Virus record (IMG/VR): IMGVR_UViG_3300049983_000006 | Location: 1 to 54,917 of that record | DNA from: a virus | Lineage: Duplodnaviria > Caudoviricetes | Length of the DNA stretch: 54,917 nucleotides | Reading direction: 5' to 3' (one strand) | In this document: in pieces, positions 8,938 through 19,187 of the stretch | How positions within the stretch are numbered: the first letter of the stretch is position 1 | Layout of the letters: every line of letters begins with the position of its first letter | Notes under the pieces: generated by a model | Told to the model about the DNA's origin: nothing | Databases searched by the model: none | The model's input: the letters and a program-made list of their open reading frames with translations, nothing else | Translations under genes and position numbers: made by a program

Positions 8938-11523
8938 TCAGGCGGGGTCGGGAACGCCGCGGTAGCGCGGAGTGGCGTAGAGGGCCACCTTCAATTCGTT
9001 CGGGAACCCGACGCCCATCAGCTCGGGATCGTGCGGCGAGGCCATGAAGACCAAGCGGTTCTTCCGATGCTCAAGGCCGCTCGGTGCGAGCTTGAGGTAG
9101 TCGAACTCAGGCACCACCGAAACCCAGCCCCCGCCGGAGATCGACTCACGTTCGGCGGCATCGTGTCCGAGCTCAAGCGCGTGGCCTTCGAAGATGGTTG
9201 CCTGCAGCTGCGGAATCCACGTGACGTAGTTGTCATAGAGGCGCGTACAGGCGCTGCTGCCGGTCTTGCTGTCATAGAAGCCCGACTTACCATCGTCGAG
9301 AGCGCCCCCGGTCACCAGGTCGCGATCCTGGCCGGCGGCCAGCAGGCGCGGTATTCCACCTTCGAGCAGCGAGCCCCAGGCAAACCAGCGACCGCGACGA
9401 TCGACATGTAGGAAGACCGATCGGCCGACGCCGTACTGGGCGGGAATTGCGATTCGGCCCAGTTCGGCTGGTTCACCTCCTACCCGTTTGAGGATCCGTA
9501 GCGATTCTTCGACCGGGACTGCCGGGGCGCTGATGTCCAGGCCGAAGAAGAGCCAGTTGTTTTCGTCGACGTAGCGGGCAAGCGCGCCGCCTTGAATTCG
9601 CTCTCCCGCCGCCGCCGCCACGGAGGAGCGCTCGACGTGGATCCCGACGACGATGTCCGTATTGACAACGTTGCCGCCGATCGCGTAGCGCCCGGCCAGG
9701 ATGTTCGCGTCAGAGACCGCCGTCCGCTGTGCAGAAACTTCGCCGACATTCAGCGTGAAGTCGTCGGCGTCACCGCTGGTCACCCATTTTTCGCCTTCGC
9801 CTTCGCTGTAGTAGACCGTGACCTGAAAGCCGTCGACTTCGGCGTCGGTGCTGGTTTCGATCTGAGAGTTGTACCCGGCGAAGACAGCACCGAAATTTGC
9901 TGCGTTGACCTGAGCCGGGGTCCAGGTCGTTCCCCAGAGGTCGCTCGGCCCGCCATATACCGCGTCGCCCCACAGGATGTGTGACCAGCGGTTCGGATTG
10001 GCGTGCTCGCTCCCCGCGATGGCACCCGCCTTGACCAGCTTCACAGATTGATCACGGACGCCAGAGCTTGAGAGACCTCCCGCGCCGGCCGAGTAGGTGC
10101 GCCTTCGGACTCGCAACGCGATGCCCTTGATCGTTGCGGTCCCCGGGATAGCGAACCCGAGGCCCGTGACCTTGAGGTACTTGGAGACCTGGGGATAGGT
10201 CAGACCGGCCCGCGCCACCGATCCGTCAAATCCTTTGGCATTCGCGAGGTTTACCCAGCTTTGGGTCCCCACCGTCGCGTCTTCGGCCACAGTCGTCGGA
10301 GACGAGGGCCCGGCAGACGTACCCGAGGCAGCCAGCGTCTGTCCGTTCAGGATGCCCGACTGCGCGAACTCGTCGCGAGCAAGTAGGGCAGTCGGTTGGC
10401 GAAGGACGGGACTGGCCGAGATGCGGCCGCTTCGCTCCTCCACCGACCGCACCCCAACGTCGAGGAAATCGAGTTTGTCGCCCACCACGGTGGACTTGTG
10501 GACCAATCTGGCCTGCCACTGATGCTCGCCGCGGCGGGGGGCTCGCAGCCAAACCTGCCCGAGCGTCAACCGCACCACCTGGCCCTCTCTGAAGTGGTTG
10601 GCCGGGAAGTAGGTCGGTTCCAGTTCGGTGCTCGAGCTGAGGTCCCCAACCCCGTATTCGCCGAGGATGGCGACTTCGCCGGCATTGGAGATCGGCATGT
10701 GGATCCAGGCATAGAGCTCGAAGACACCCTTATGGGTCAACGGCCCCACGCCGCCGACATCCGTCGAGAGGCCGGCGGTCCAGTTGGGGGTCAGAGTCGC
10801 CCTCACCACAGACACTCCGGCTTTGCCGTCGACGGTCGTCGTCGTTGGGGTAGCCCCCCCGAGAGGCGTCAGATCTTTGGCTGCGTACCGGGCCTGCGCG
10901 GTTGCGGTCTGTTCGAAATAGCGGGAGTCCCGTCCCCAGAGCAGCTCCCAGACATCGGCTCCCGGCGAGACGATCTCAGCCCTTCCGAGGGCCTCAGCGG
11001 TCCCCGGCACCTCGTCGACCACACATTCAAGGACCCGGTCTGAACCGCTGAATTCTCCGACCAGGATCTCCTCCCCTACACCGAAGGGACCGCAAATGAA
11101 GGTCACCTCTTCTTCAGCACGCCAGCTATGGATGTAGCGGTTGTCGATCAGCCCTTCGCCACCCTTGACCCCGCGAATCTCGTAGTCGATCGCGACGCCG
11201 TCGGGGAACACGAGACGGAGGGTCCCGCCCTCCCCGTTGCCGTACTTGTGGAGCTTCTGCGCGAGCTGGATCTGCCGTTCGCGGAAGTCGGCTTCGTCCC
11301 TCCCGACGATCCTCAGTTTCGGCGGGATCTCAATGTTCTTGTCTCTGCCCCCCGCCGCCAGCTCCCCCTCGGTGTCTGCATTGGAGGTCCACTGCTGCTC
11401 GCGCTCGGGTCGAGGGACCCGCAACGGGGACATGACGAAGTACCCCGCTGCTTCGTCATCTTCGTCTTGCTCGAAGGCCAGCGCGACCTCTTCGGGGTCG
11501 AGGATAACTCTCAAACCGGGCAC
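8938..11523 (-). CDS. Distal tail (Dit)-like protein with inserted beta-rich domains
   Basis: Directly follows the tape measure; 861 aa, longer than a minimal Dit. Confidence 0.65.
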   Translation of the reverse strand: MPGLRVILDPEEVALAFEQDEDDEAAGYFVMSPLRVPRPEREQQWTSNADTEGELAAGGRDKNIEIPPKLRIVGRDEADFRERQIQLAQKLHKYGNGEGGTLRLVFPDGVAIDYEIRGVKGGEGLIDNRYIHSWRAEEEVTFICGPFGVGEEILVGEFSGSDRVLECVVDEVPGTAEALGRAEIVSPGADVWELLWGRDSRYFEQTATAQARYAAKDLTPLGGATPTTTTVDGKAGVSVVRATLTPNWTAGLSTDVGGVGPLTHKGVFELYAWIHMPISNAGEVAILGEYGVGDLSSSTELEPTYFPANHFREGQVVRLTLGQVWLRAPRRGEHQWQARLVHKSTVVGDKLDFLDVGVRSVEERSGRISASPVLRQPTALLARDEFAQSGILNGQTLAASGTSAGPSSPTTVAEDATVGTQSWVNLANAKGFDGSVARAGLTYPQVSKYLKVTGLGFAIPGTATIKGIALRVRRRTYSAGAGGLSSSGVRDQSVKLVKAGAIAGSEHANPNRWSHILWGDAVYGGPSDLWGTTWTPAQVNAANFGAVFAGYNSQIETSTDAEVDGFQVTVYYSEGEGEKWVTSGDADDFTLNVGEVSAQRTAVSDANILAGRYAIGGNVVNTDIVVGIHVERSSVAAAAGERIQGGALARYVDENNWLFFGLDISAPAVPVEESLRILKRVGGEPAELGRIAIPAQYGVGRSVFLHVDRRGRWFAWGSLLEGGIPRLLAAGQDRDLVTGGALDDGKSGFYDSKTGSSACTRLYDNYVTWIPQLQATIFEGHALELGHDAAERESISGGGWVSVVPEFDYLKLAPSGLEHRKNRLVFMASPHDPELMGVGFPNELKVALYATPRYRGVPDPA

Positions 11524-11537
11524 ATTCCCCCCTCGTC

Positions 11538-14500
11538 TTAGTAGATGGCCGGACTGCCGGCGTTCGCCAGGCGGCTGCGAGCCTGCATAGGCCCACCGAT
11601 CGCGCCGTCGATCCAGGACACGAAGGCCGCCATGAACGCGGGGCCCTGCGCCTCGGCGAGCTTCATCAGGTGCTTGTCCACCTCAAGGCGTTCTTTCTCG
11701 AACTGTTCGCGCTGCTGCAGTACCTCGCTCAACGCGTTGACGGCCTCGCGTAGGGCCTTCACGTTCTGCGCCGCCTCAATGTCGTCCCGCGGGTCGGCGG
11801 TCGCCTGTGCGGCTGCGAGCTGTTCTTCGGCCAGCTTCAGCATCTTCTCCCGGACCGCCCGGTCGTCGGCGCCATCGGGCGTCAGTTCGGCGAGTGCTAG
11901 ATCCCGATTCAGGTAGTCGGACTGGGAAGGTGGCGGGTTGGCGGCTTCGTCGGGTTTGAGGTTGATCGTTTCGTTCAGCGAGCGCAGGGTGGTCATTACC
12001 GACGCGAGTTCGTTCTGCAGCCCACCCTGCTTAGCCTTTTCGCGTTCCTGCTCTTTCGGGCTCAGCGCTTCTTCCAGCCGCTTTTTAACCTTGCGGAGCT
12101 GCTTCTGGATCGCCATCTTGCGGGCAGCGAGGAGTTCTTTCTGGAACTTCGCCGCTGCGATGTCGTCAGCGTGACTGTCGGCGCTGGTTTCAAAACCCTG
12201 CTCGTCGAAGGTTGCCTGCTTGGTCGAACCGGCGAGGGTGCCTGCGAGTTCCCCGATCTGCAGTTGCTGGGTTGGCGTAAGGCCGGGTGCCGAGAGCATC
12301 TGCTGAATCTGCGAAGGCAGGCCGGCAGCTGAGCCGGGGACCGGCGAGGTCTTCAGAGGCGGCAGCGCAGCAACTGCACCTTTGGAGACCCCGCTTTTGG
12401 GCTTCGGTTTCGGCGGGCGAGCACCGCCGCCACGCCCGCCCCGTCCACCGCCGGCGCCTGAGGCTCCCGAGCCACCTGGCCAGAAGGGGCGCATTACCGC
12501 CGTCAGCGGACAGCTCGGAGCGTTCCAGTCCGCGATGCCGACTTCGTTGGACCAGTTGCCGGAGATGAACTTACCTCCGCCGACGTAGACCCCGATGTGT
12601 TCGCCGCTGTAGCCGAGCAGATCGCCGGGCTTGGCGAGCGAGATTGAGCTGCCGAGGTTCTTGCCACCCTCCCAGCCGTGTTCGTATTCGGGGGTGTAGG
12701 CGGAGTTGGCTGGGATCGGAAGGCCCTGAGCCAGCAGCATCGCACCGACGAACTCCGCACACCAGGGATCGAAAACGCCCTCGGTTTCGCCGACCCATTT
12801 CTGATGCCGCTTGGAGCCCTCGCCGACGCCGAGGTTGTTCTGCGCCCATTGCACGGCGCGGGAAGCGCTTCCCTTCTGCAGGCTCGCGACGTCGAAGCCC
12901 GAGCCCGACTGCGTCTTCCCGCTCCAGTCGCGCAGCGGTCCGCTGATCGCGCCGCCCCGGCGACGGGCGAGGATCTTTACCTTCCCGATGCTGTCCGTGG
13001 GGAAGCTCGAGGGATCGAGGCCGAGCTTGCGGACGCCGCCTTCGGTGACGTCGATCGCGCGGCCGGTGAAGCCGGAGGGACCAAGGTCGATGATCGGCAG
13101 GTTGGCCGTGTGCCCCGCGATCGTCGTGCGCCCGTAGACCGGGTGCCCACCCGCTGCCGCCGCCATCCAGGCCCGCGTCGTGTCGTTATCCCAGCCGGCG
13201 TCGGTGCCGGGGTGAAGGTTCAGCGCGAGCCCCGGCCGCGCGACCGGAGTGCCGCTCGCCGTCGTCGTAGCAGGACCGTTGAAATAGGAGACGCGGCCGA
13301 TCAAAGTTTTGCCGTTCCAACCCGCCGCTGCCGCCGGCAGGTTCGCCGGTCCCTTGGCGCCGAGCTTGTCAGAGTCAAAGCCGCTCTTGATCCAGTTGCC
13401 GACCTTGTCGATCACGTAGCCGCCGAGATCGCCCATCCACTCGGGCAGGTGCGGCGTCGGGAGCTTGCCGAGGAAGAAGCCCGCGCCCTTGCCGGCGAGG
13501 CCAGCCGCCGCGCCCCCTACAGCCGAGACAGCGCTCTTCGCGCCGCCCCAAATGTCGCCGCCCGTGAGGAAGCCCGGAATGCCGAGGTCCCGGCCCGCCT
13601 GCATCCAGTAGGCGACGTTGTCGCGGCGGTACTGGGGGTTCGTCGCGATTACCCACTCGGGATGCTGCGGGGCCTCCTCGCCGACGATCACCATCGGCTT
13701 CGTGACGGCGCCGCCCGTGTAGCGGTGCTGGGCGTCGGGTTTCCCGAGCCCGCCCTTGCTGGCGCCGGGGACGCTGTTGATGTTGCCGGCGCGCTCGGAG
13801 AAGGACTTCTCGCCGATCTCGATGTCGGGCACGCCGGGGATCAGGTTGATCACGTCGGCGATGTCTTCGACGAAGCCGACCACGGCATCGCGGCCGTCGC
13901 GGAAGGCGCCCTTGATCTTTTCCCAGGCGCCGCCGAAGAGATCTCCCATCGCCCCCGCGACCGTCTTTACGGTGGAGGTCACCGGTGCCGCCAGGGTCCG
14001 CAGGATCCCGATCACAACCTTGACCGAGCCCCCGAAGATGTTCTTGACCCCGTCCCAGGCTTTCCCGAACTTGAGGGTGAGGATGCCGCTGATCACTTCG
14101 ACTACCCCGCGGATCACCTGGATCTCGCCGGAGAAGACCTGACCGAGGCCGCGCATGGTCTCGGCGATCGTGCCGAAGGCGTTTTTCACCCCCAGCAGGA
14201 AGACGGATTTGACGACGCGCCCAACCGCCTCGATCGGTCCCTTGAACTGGGTGTAGAAGCTCTTGACGGCGTCGACCGGGCTACCCGAGCCGGTGAAGGC
14301 TTCGCCGAGGAGGGACACCTGGGTCTTGATTTCACCGAAGGCGTCGCTCGCCGCATCGCCGAGCGGAGCGACCAGCCTGCGGAAGGTCTCCGAGTGCTTG
14401 TAGAGCAGGTAGAGCCCGGCCCCCACGGCAGCGACAGCGGCGGCGACGGCGAGCCACGGGCCAGCGGCGGGTGCAGCTGCAAGCAGACCACCGCCAGCGC

Positions 14501-16808
14501 CAGAGCCGAGGATCGAACCTACCTCTGCGCCGCCGAGCATCCCAGCCGGGGCAGCCGTGGTCGCGACCGTGGCGCCGAGACCGAGGACACCACCCAGCTT
14601 CCCCAGCATCCCCCCCTTGCCCTTCGCCTTCCCGAGCAGGCCCCCACTCGGCGTCGCGGCAGCCTGCTCGGCGACCGCGGCCGTTGCGGCCGCTTCCCGC
14701 AGCTTCTTGAACCACCCAACCAGCGTCGAGACACCCGTAATCGCCGCGGTGAACTTCAGCGCTTTGTTCAAAGCAGCGAAGCCCGCCATCGTGACCAGGG
14801 CACCATCGAGCCCCGGCACCTTTTCGATCAGGGCGTTGATCAGGCCGAGGATCTTGCTGACGCCGTCAACGAACTTCGTCAGCGGCCCCGAACTTCCGGC
14901 GAGATGGCCGAACAGCTTGGCTGCCTGTTCCAAGAGCCCGACTAGGTGCGGCCCGAAGCTGGCGGTCGTCTTGCCGATCACTTCCTCGAGCACCGGCAGC
15001 AGATCCTTGCGGATCGAGTGCGTGAGATTGAAGAAGCCTTTGCCCCCCGAGAGACGGCTGACGGACTTGAAGACGTCCCGCACCAACCGGCCCATCTCGA
15101 AGATCCCGGGTTTGGCTTCGGCGAAGTAGGACTTCAGGGAGTTCTTGCCATCGACCGACTCGGCCCAGTCCTCGAAGCCCTGCGCTGATTCGTCGAGCGA
15201 GTCGAGGATTTCGCGGCCGAGCGGGGCCGCCGCTTCGCCGACGCTCAGGATGCCCGCACTGACCGACTGGAGGATCGAACCGACCCGTTCCATCGTCGAG
15301 CGGGTCTTGTCGAAGAAGTCACCGATCCGCCCCGATTCGCGACCCGCTTCGGCGATCCCATCGACCCAGCCGGTGAGCCGGACCGTGCTCTCGCCGAGCC
15401 AGCCTAGGAACGGCTGCGCCGCGACCATGATGTGACGGAGTGCGCTGAAGAGGTTCATTCCCGAGGTCGCCATCTGGCCGATCAGGACCGTGTTGCCCCC
15501 GGTGATCCGCGAGAAGTCGCGCCCGAAGCCCTTGCTCCCTACGAAGTCGCCGGCCTTCTCCGCTGCCTTGGAGAGGACCTCGGTCGTCCCGCCGATCGCG
15601 GCCCGCAGACGGGGGAAGAGCGGCAGGGCGGATTTGATCCCTCGCTCGACGCCGGGGAGCAGGCCGTCGGCGGCGGTCTCCCGCAACTCGTCGACTTTCG
15701 GTTTCAGCCCGAAGAGGAAGTGGGCGAAGCGCTGGGCCGAGGGCGGCAGTTTGTCGAGCGCCGTGGCTGCCGAACTCGCAGCCGAACCGACGCCTTCGAG
15801 GGCTTCTTTCTCGGCCTCGTTGGCCTTCTGAAGTTCGCGTCGAGCGTCGGCGACCTGGCGCCGCGCTTCCTCGCGCTGCTGCCGCGCTTGAACGACCGCC
15901 GGGTTCTTGTCGACGCCGCGGCGGGTGGAGGCGGTCCGTTCACGATCGGCGTCTTTGCGGTCCTGGCGGGCTTCTTTCAACGCCTGCTTGGCTTCTTCAA
16001 CCTGAAGTTCGAGGCCCGTCATCTCGTCGGGCGAGACGGAGCCGGGGTCCTTGTGGGCAGCCTGGAGCTCGCGGCGGGCCTCGCTCAAACTGAGAGCCGC
16101 CCGCTCCTCGCCGAAGGCGGCCTGGATCGCGGCGTTCTTGACCTCCTCCAGCTCCTCCCGCGCTTCCTTGCGGGCTTCGGTCAGATCGCGCTGTGCCTGC
16201 TCGGCGGAGCGTTGGGCGTCCTCCACCTGGCGCTCGGCCTGACTGACTTGTTCGGCTGCAGCCTCCTGAGCTTTCGCAGCCTGCTTGGCCGTTTCGCCAG
16301 CCGCGGCCTGCTGCTGGCTCATCTCCCCCAACGCATCGCCGACGCCCATCAAGGCGAGCTGACCGACGCCGAGCGCCTGAGCGAACGAGCCGAGCAAAGC
16401 CGGGTAGACCACCAGAGCCCCCGTCAGTGGCGTCAGGGCCCCGGTTAGGCCGACCGCTGCCGCCGACATCTGACCGAGGCCCTGAGCGGCGTAGTCGGTG
16501 CCGGCGATCAGGGCCGGCCACTTGATCACGCTGACGAGGTTCCGCATCAACGTGAATCGGACGTTCACGTTCTGGAGCTGCTTAGCGAGGGAGGTGTTCT
16601 CCTGGCGTACCCGCTGCGTCGAGGTGGAGAGCTTGAAGTTGCGGTCGTTTACCTGGTCGATCGCAACTGCCTGCGCCGCGGCGGTTTTGTTGTAGCGATC
16701 GGTCGCGTCATCGACGCTGTCGATGGCACGAACGGATTTGCGCGCAGCCTCGGTGACGCCGCGCTCCTCCCCTTCGAAGTAGAGGCGGATGCGCCCCCGT
16801 TTTGCCAT
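11538..16808 (-). CDS. Tape measure protein with RlpA-like DPBB and NlpC/P60 (CHAP-like) domains
   Basis: 1756-aa Ala/Gly-rich helical protein; IIDLGP...GRAIDVT (RlpA-like); PWCAEFV...PGDLL...HIGVYVG (NlpC/P60). Confidence 0.9.
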   Translation of the reverse strand: MAKRGRIRLYFEGEERGVTEAARKSVRAIDSVDDATDRYNKTAAAQAVAIDQVNDRNFKLSTSTQRVRQENTSLAKQLQNVNVRFTLMRNLVSVIKWPALIAGTDYAAQGLGQMSAAAVGLTGALTPLTGALVVYPALLGSFAQALGVGQLALMGVGDALGEMSQQQAAAGETAKQAAKAQEAAAEQVSQAERQVEDAQRSAEQAQRDLTEARKEAREELEEVKNAAIQAAFGEERAALSLSEARRELQAAHKDPGSVSPDEMTGLELQVEEAKQALKEARQDRKDADRERTASTRRGVDKNPAVVQARQQREEARRQVADARRELQKANEAEKEALEGVGSAASSAATALDKLPPSAQRFAHFLFGLKPKVDELRETAADGLLPGVERGIKSALPLFPRLRAAIGGTTEVLSKAAEKAGDFVGSKGFGRDFSRITGGNTVLIGQMATSGMNLFSALRHIMVAAQPFLGWLGESTVRLTGWVDGIAEAGRESGRIGDFFDKTRSTMERVGSILQSVSAGILSVGEAAAPLGREILDSLDESAQGFEDWAESVDGKNSLKSYFAEAKPGIFEMGRLVRDVFKSVSRLSGGKGFFNLTHSIRKDLLPVLEEVIGKTTASFGPHLVGLLEQAAKLFGHLAGSSGPLTKFVDGVSKILGLINALIEKVPGLDGALVTMAGFAALNKALKFTAAITGVSTLVGWFKKLREAAATAAVAEQAAATPSGGLLGKAKGKGGMLGKLGGVLGLGATVATTAAPAGMLGGAEVGSILGSGAGGGLLAAAPAAGPWLAVAAAVAAVGAGLYLLYKHSETFRRLVAPLGDAASDAFGEIKTQVSLLGEAFTGSGSPVDAVKSFYTQFKGPIEAVGRVVKSVFLLGVKNAFGTIAETMRGLGQVFSGEIQVIRGVVEVISGILTLKFGKAWDGVKNIFGGSVKVVIGILRTLAAPVTSTVKTVAGAMGDLFGGAWEKIKGAFRDGRDAVVGFVEDIADVINLIPGVPDIEIGEKSFSERAGNINSVPGASKGGLGKPDAQHRYTGGAVTKPMVIVGEEAPQHPEWVIATNPQYRRDNVAYWMQAGRDLGIPGFLTGGDIWGGAKSAVSAVGGAAAGLAGKGAGFFLGKLPTPHLPEWMGDLGGYVIDKVGNWIKSGFDSDKLGAKGPANLPAAAAGWNGKTLIGRVSYFNGPATTTASGTPVARPGLALNLHPGTDAGWDNDTTRAWMAAAAGGHPVYGRTTIAGHTANLPIIDLGPSGFTGRAIDVTEGGVRKLGLDPSSFPTDSIGKVKILARRRGGAISGPLRDWSGKTQSGSGFDVASLQKGSASRAVQWAQNNLGVGEGSKRHQKWVGETEGVFDPWCAEFVGAMLLAQGLPIPANSAYTPEYEHGWEGGKNLGSSISLAKPGDLLGYSGEHIGVYVGGGKFISGNWSNEVGIADWNAPSCPLTAVMRPFWPGGSGASGAGGGRGGRGGGARPPKPKPKSGVSKGAVAALPPLKTSPVPGSAAGLPSQIQQMLSAPGLTPTQQLQIGELAGTLAGSTKQATFDEQGFETSADSHADDIAAAKFQKELLAARKMAIQKQLRKVKKRLEEALSPKEQEREKAKQGGLQNELASVMTTLRSLNETINLKPDEAANPPPSQSDYLNRDLALAELTPDGADDRAVREKMLKLAEEQLAAAQATADPRDDIEAAQNVKALREAVNALSEVLQQREQFEKERLEVDKHLMKLAEAQGPAFMAAFVSWIDGAIGGPMQARSRLANAGSPAIY

Positions 16809-17020
16809 TAGCCGAGCCCTTGCAGGTCCTCAGGGACCGAAGCAAAGGGGTCGCCGGAAACCTCCGACGACCCCTTGGAACCTCCTCGCCCCTCCATGAA
16901 ATGGCGCAGCAGCATCTCCCGCTCCCAGGCGGGGATCTCGTGCTCCGCTTCGTAAGCGGAGATGCGGAAGTGCCGACGAAGCACGAACAGTTCCAGTTCT
17001 TCTTCGTCGGTTAGGTAGGG
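16808..17020 (-). CDS. Tail assembly chaperone frameshift extension (T frame of G/GT)
   Basis: The -1 frame relative to 17011..17358 reads PYLTDEEELELFVLRRHF...DLQGLG and ends in a TAA overlapping the TMP ATG; it has no upstream start of its own. Confidence 0.65.
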   Translation of the reverse strand, partial: PYLTDEEELELFVLRRHFRISAYEAEHEIPAWEREMLLRHFMEGRGGSKGSSEVSGDPFASVPEDLQGLG

Positions 17021-17358
17021 CGCCGCTGCTGGAAGAGGTCGTTGAAGAAGTCACCGATGTCGGCGCCCTCAATCTCCTCGTCTTTCCAGAGGTCCTTCAG
17101 CACCTTCGAGGCCGGCGGCGTTTTCTTTCCCGGCTTCGCCACGATCATCTCGTCGATCGTCTCCAGCACGACATCGAGTGCTTCCTCGTCGGTCGTAGTG
17201 GCATCGAAGTGACGGATGGATTCCTGGGTCTCGCGGATCTTCCGTTCCTTCGAGCGGGTCAGCGCGACGGTCTCGTAGAAGTGGACCGCATCGTCCTTGT
17301 CTGAGATCTCCACCGTCAGCGGTTTGAACCGCTTCTTGAACTGCAGCGTGTTAGCCAT
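17011..17358 (-). CDS. Tail assembly chaperone (G)
   Basis: Acidic 115-aa ORF between the tail tube and tape measure genes. Confidence 0.8.
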   Translation of the reverse strand: MANTLQFKKRFKPLTVEISDKDDAVHFYETVALTRSKERKIRETQESIRHFDATTTDEEALDVVLETIDEMIVAKPGKKTPPASKVLKDLWKDEEIEGADIGDFFNDLFQQRRPT

Positions 17359-18383
17359 TAGGCGTAGCTCGCAGTCGCGTTGACAAGGGTGATCGTGGTC
17401 GAGCCGGTGGAAGCAGTGGTCGACTTCCAGCTAAAGCTCGCCCCGTGTCGACGCTGGTTTTGCAGCGCATCGACGTCTCCATCGGTGTACTGGCAATTCG
17501 CCATCGCCAAGTACAGCTTGTAGGGGTAGGAGCTGGCGATAATCGACTCCGAAACCCATTTCGCCAGGGCAGAGAACCCGGTGGCGTTGAGCAGGGCGTC
17601 GTAGTCGTCGGGGTCGAGCTGGCGCTTCGGGATCGAACCCGAGACGACGATCGGTCCCTCGTTGGATTTCTCCATGATGTCCGGAAACTTCGAAGCGATC
17701 CCGAGTGACCTCGCTGCCTCCACGGGGTTGCTGATCGCCAAGGAGAAGTCCTGGGTGGTGCCCGAGCCGGCAAGCCAGGACAACGTCAGGTTCCCCCTCA
17801 CGAACGGCCGGATGCTGAGTGCCTCGTAGGCGGGTGACAAGGCCGGATCGGCGATCCGCGTCATGTAATTCGCCGGCCCGTTTGCACTTAGGCCGGCCCC
17901 ACCCTCCTCAGGCGTCTCGATCGAGAGCTCCGAGCAGGCTGCGCCCTTTAACCGAAAGTAGGTTCCCTGGTCGACGTAGGCAGCCTCCATCTGCGTCGTG
18001 ATCGGGCTTGGGCCGGAAGGACCGAACGGGGCTTTAAAGACGTGGCGAAACGCGCCCGTCGGGATCACCGCGCCATCGGGGTCCGTGATCACGCCGTTGC
18101 CGGTCGTGGTGACGGGGTCTCCGCAGATGTGCTTCAGGCGCCAGCCAGTCGTGTCCGGGTAGGCCCGCGATTTGTACTCCCAAGCAGGCTCGTAGGCGTC
18201 GGTGATAACCGCCAGCGGCTCGTCTTGGTTTCGAAGCTCATCATCCCGCGAGAGCGGTTTGGCCCCGAGTTTCGGCTGAAAGCTCTGGATCGGGGGGAAG
18301 AGCTTCTTCGTGGACAGGGTCGGTGAGTTGGTCTCGTTACCGGGCGTCGACTCAAACGACTCCCGGACGTATCCGCTGGGCAT
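17358..18383 (-). CDS. Major tail (tube) protein
   Basis: 341-aa Ser/Thr-rich beta protein in the canonical position. Confidence 0.8.
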   Translation of the reverse strand: MPSGYVRESFESTPGNETNSPTLSTKKLFPPIQSFQPKLGAKPLSRDDELRNQDEPLAVITDAYEPAWEYKSRAYPDTTGWRLKHICGDPVTTTGNGVITDPDGAVIPTGAFRHVFKAPFGPSGPSPITTQMEAAYVDQGTYFRLKGAACSELSIETPEEGGAGLSANGPANYMTRIADPALSPAYEALSIRPFVRGNLTLSWLAGSGTTQDFSLAISNPVEAARSLGIASKFPDIMEKSNEGPIVVSGSIPKRQLDPDDYDALLNATGFSALAKWVSESIIASSYPYKLYLAMANCQYTDGDVDALQNQRRHGASFSWKSTTASTGSTTITLVNATASYA

Positions 18384-18728
18384 TTAGTTGTCTCCCTTCG
18401 AGGAGGCGTGCTCGTCTTTGGCCCGCGACTCCTCAGCGCCGGAGAACCCCTGGCGCTGGGCGACGATGAGGCCCTTGCGTCCTTCCTTGACGGTTTCGGC
18501 CGCAAGTTCCTCTGCGGCCTCAACCTCGGAGGCTTTGATGTCGACCAGTTCGAGCGGGACGCCCTTGGTCTTGTCGTACTCCCTTGCCGCCTCCAGGGGC
18601 AGCTCGCCCTCGCCACCGACCGGAGTCGGCGCATCTGGATAGAAGTAGCCCGGTACACCGGGCACGTTGTGCGGGGTATTCGGGGCACCGGGCAGGTTCA
18701 GCCGGAGTCCCTGGCGCTTAGAGGCCAA
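18384..18728 (-). CDS. Hypothetical virion-module protein
   Basis: TTG start with AAGGAG RBS; abuts the tail tube gene. Confidence 0.65.
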   Translation of the reverse strand: MASKRQGLRLNLPGAPNTPHNVPGVPGYFYPDAPTPVGGEGELPLEAAREYDKTKGVPLELVDIKASEVEAAEELAAETVKEGRKGLIVAQRQGFSGAEESRAKDEHASSKGDN

Positions 18729-18743
18729 TGTGACTCTCCTTCG

Positions 18744-19187
18744 TTATTGGAACGTCAGAATCGAGACGTGCGTCTCGTAGCCGATCTGGGTCCGGCTTCC
18801 TTCTTCACCTTGGGGAGTCGCGAACGGCTCCGCTGGGGTGACCTTTGCGTCGGTACAAAGTCCGTTGAGAACGAACCCCTGAGCGTCCGGGGTCAAGGTG
18901 TCGATTGCGCGAACGAACCCAAATGCGCTGGCCATCAAGGCGACCTGCGCGGCGATTACGTCGCGGCCAAGCTCCACGTAGAAGAGGACGGGGAAATCGA
19001 AGCGCCAGTCATCCGCTCCAACGTGGTCCTCCGCGTTATCTACCTCGGTGCGCCTCAAGGTGGGCATCTCGATTACCGCACATGGCGGTTTGATCGCTCC
19101 GGGGCTCCACTTGTAGCCACGGACATCGACCCCTTCGAGGACTTCGACCAGGGCATCAGCAAGTTCGTCGTGGATCTGGACGCTCAT
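18744..19187 (-). CDS. Tail terminator-like protein
   Basis: Size and synteny; acidic composition; PPCAVI motif. Confidence 0.6.
   Translation of the reverse strand: MSVQIHDELADALVEVLEGVDVRGYKWSPGAIKPPCAVIEMPTLRRTEVDNAEDHVGADDWRFDFPVLFYVELGRDVIAAQVALMASAFGFVRAIDTLTPDAQGFVLNGLCTDAKVTPAEPFATPQGEEGSRTQIGYETHVSILTFQ

Noticed and set aside
12678-14945. Long plus-strand ORFs opposite the tape measure, tail, capsid and terminase genes
   Set aside because: These are antisense shadows typical of high-GC codon bias and show no recognisable motifs.
16830-17072. Track ORF as the second tail chaperone
   Set aside because: It has low-complexity Arg/Ser composition; the -1 frame ending at 16808 is the plausible coding frame.
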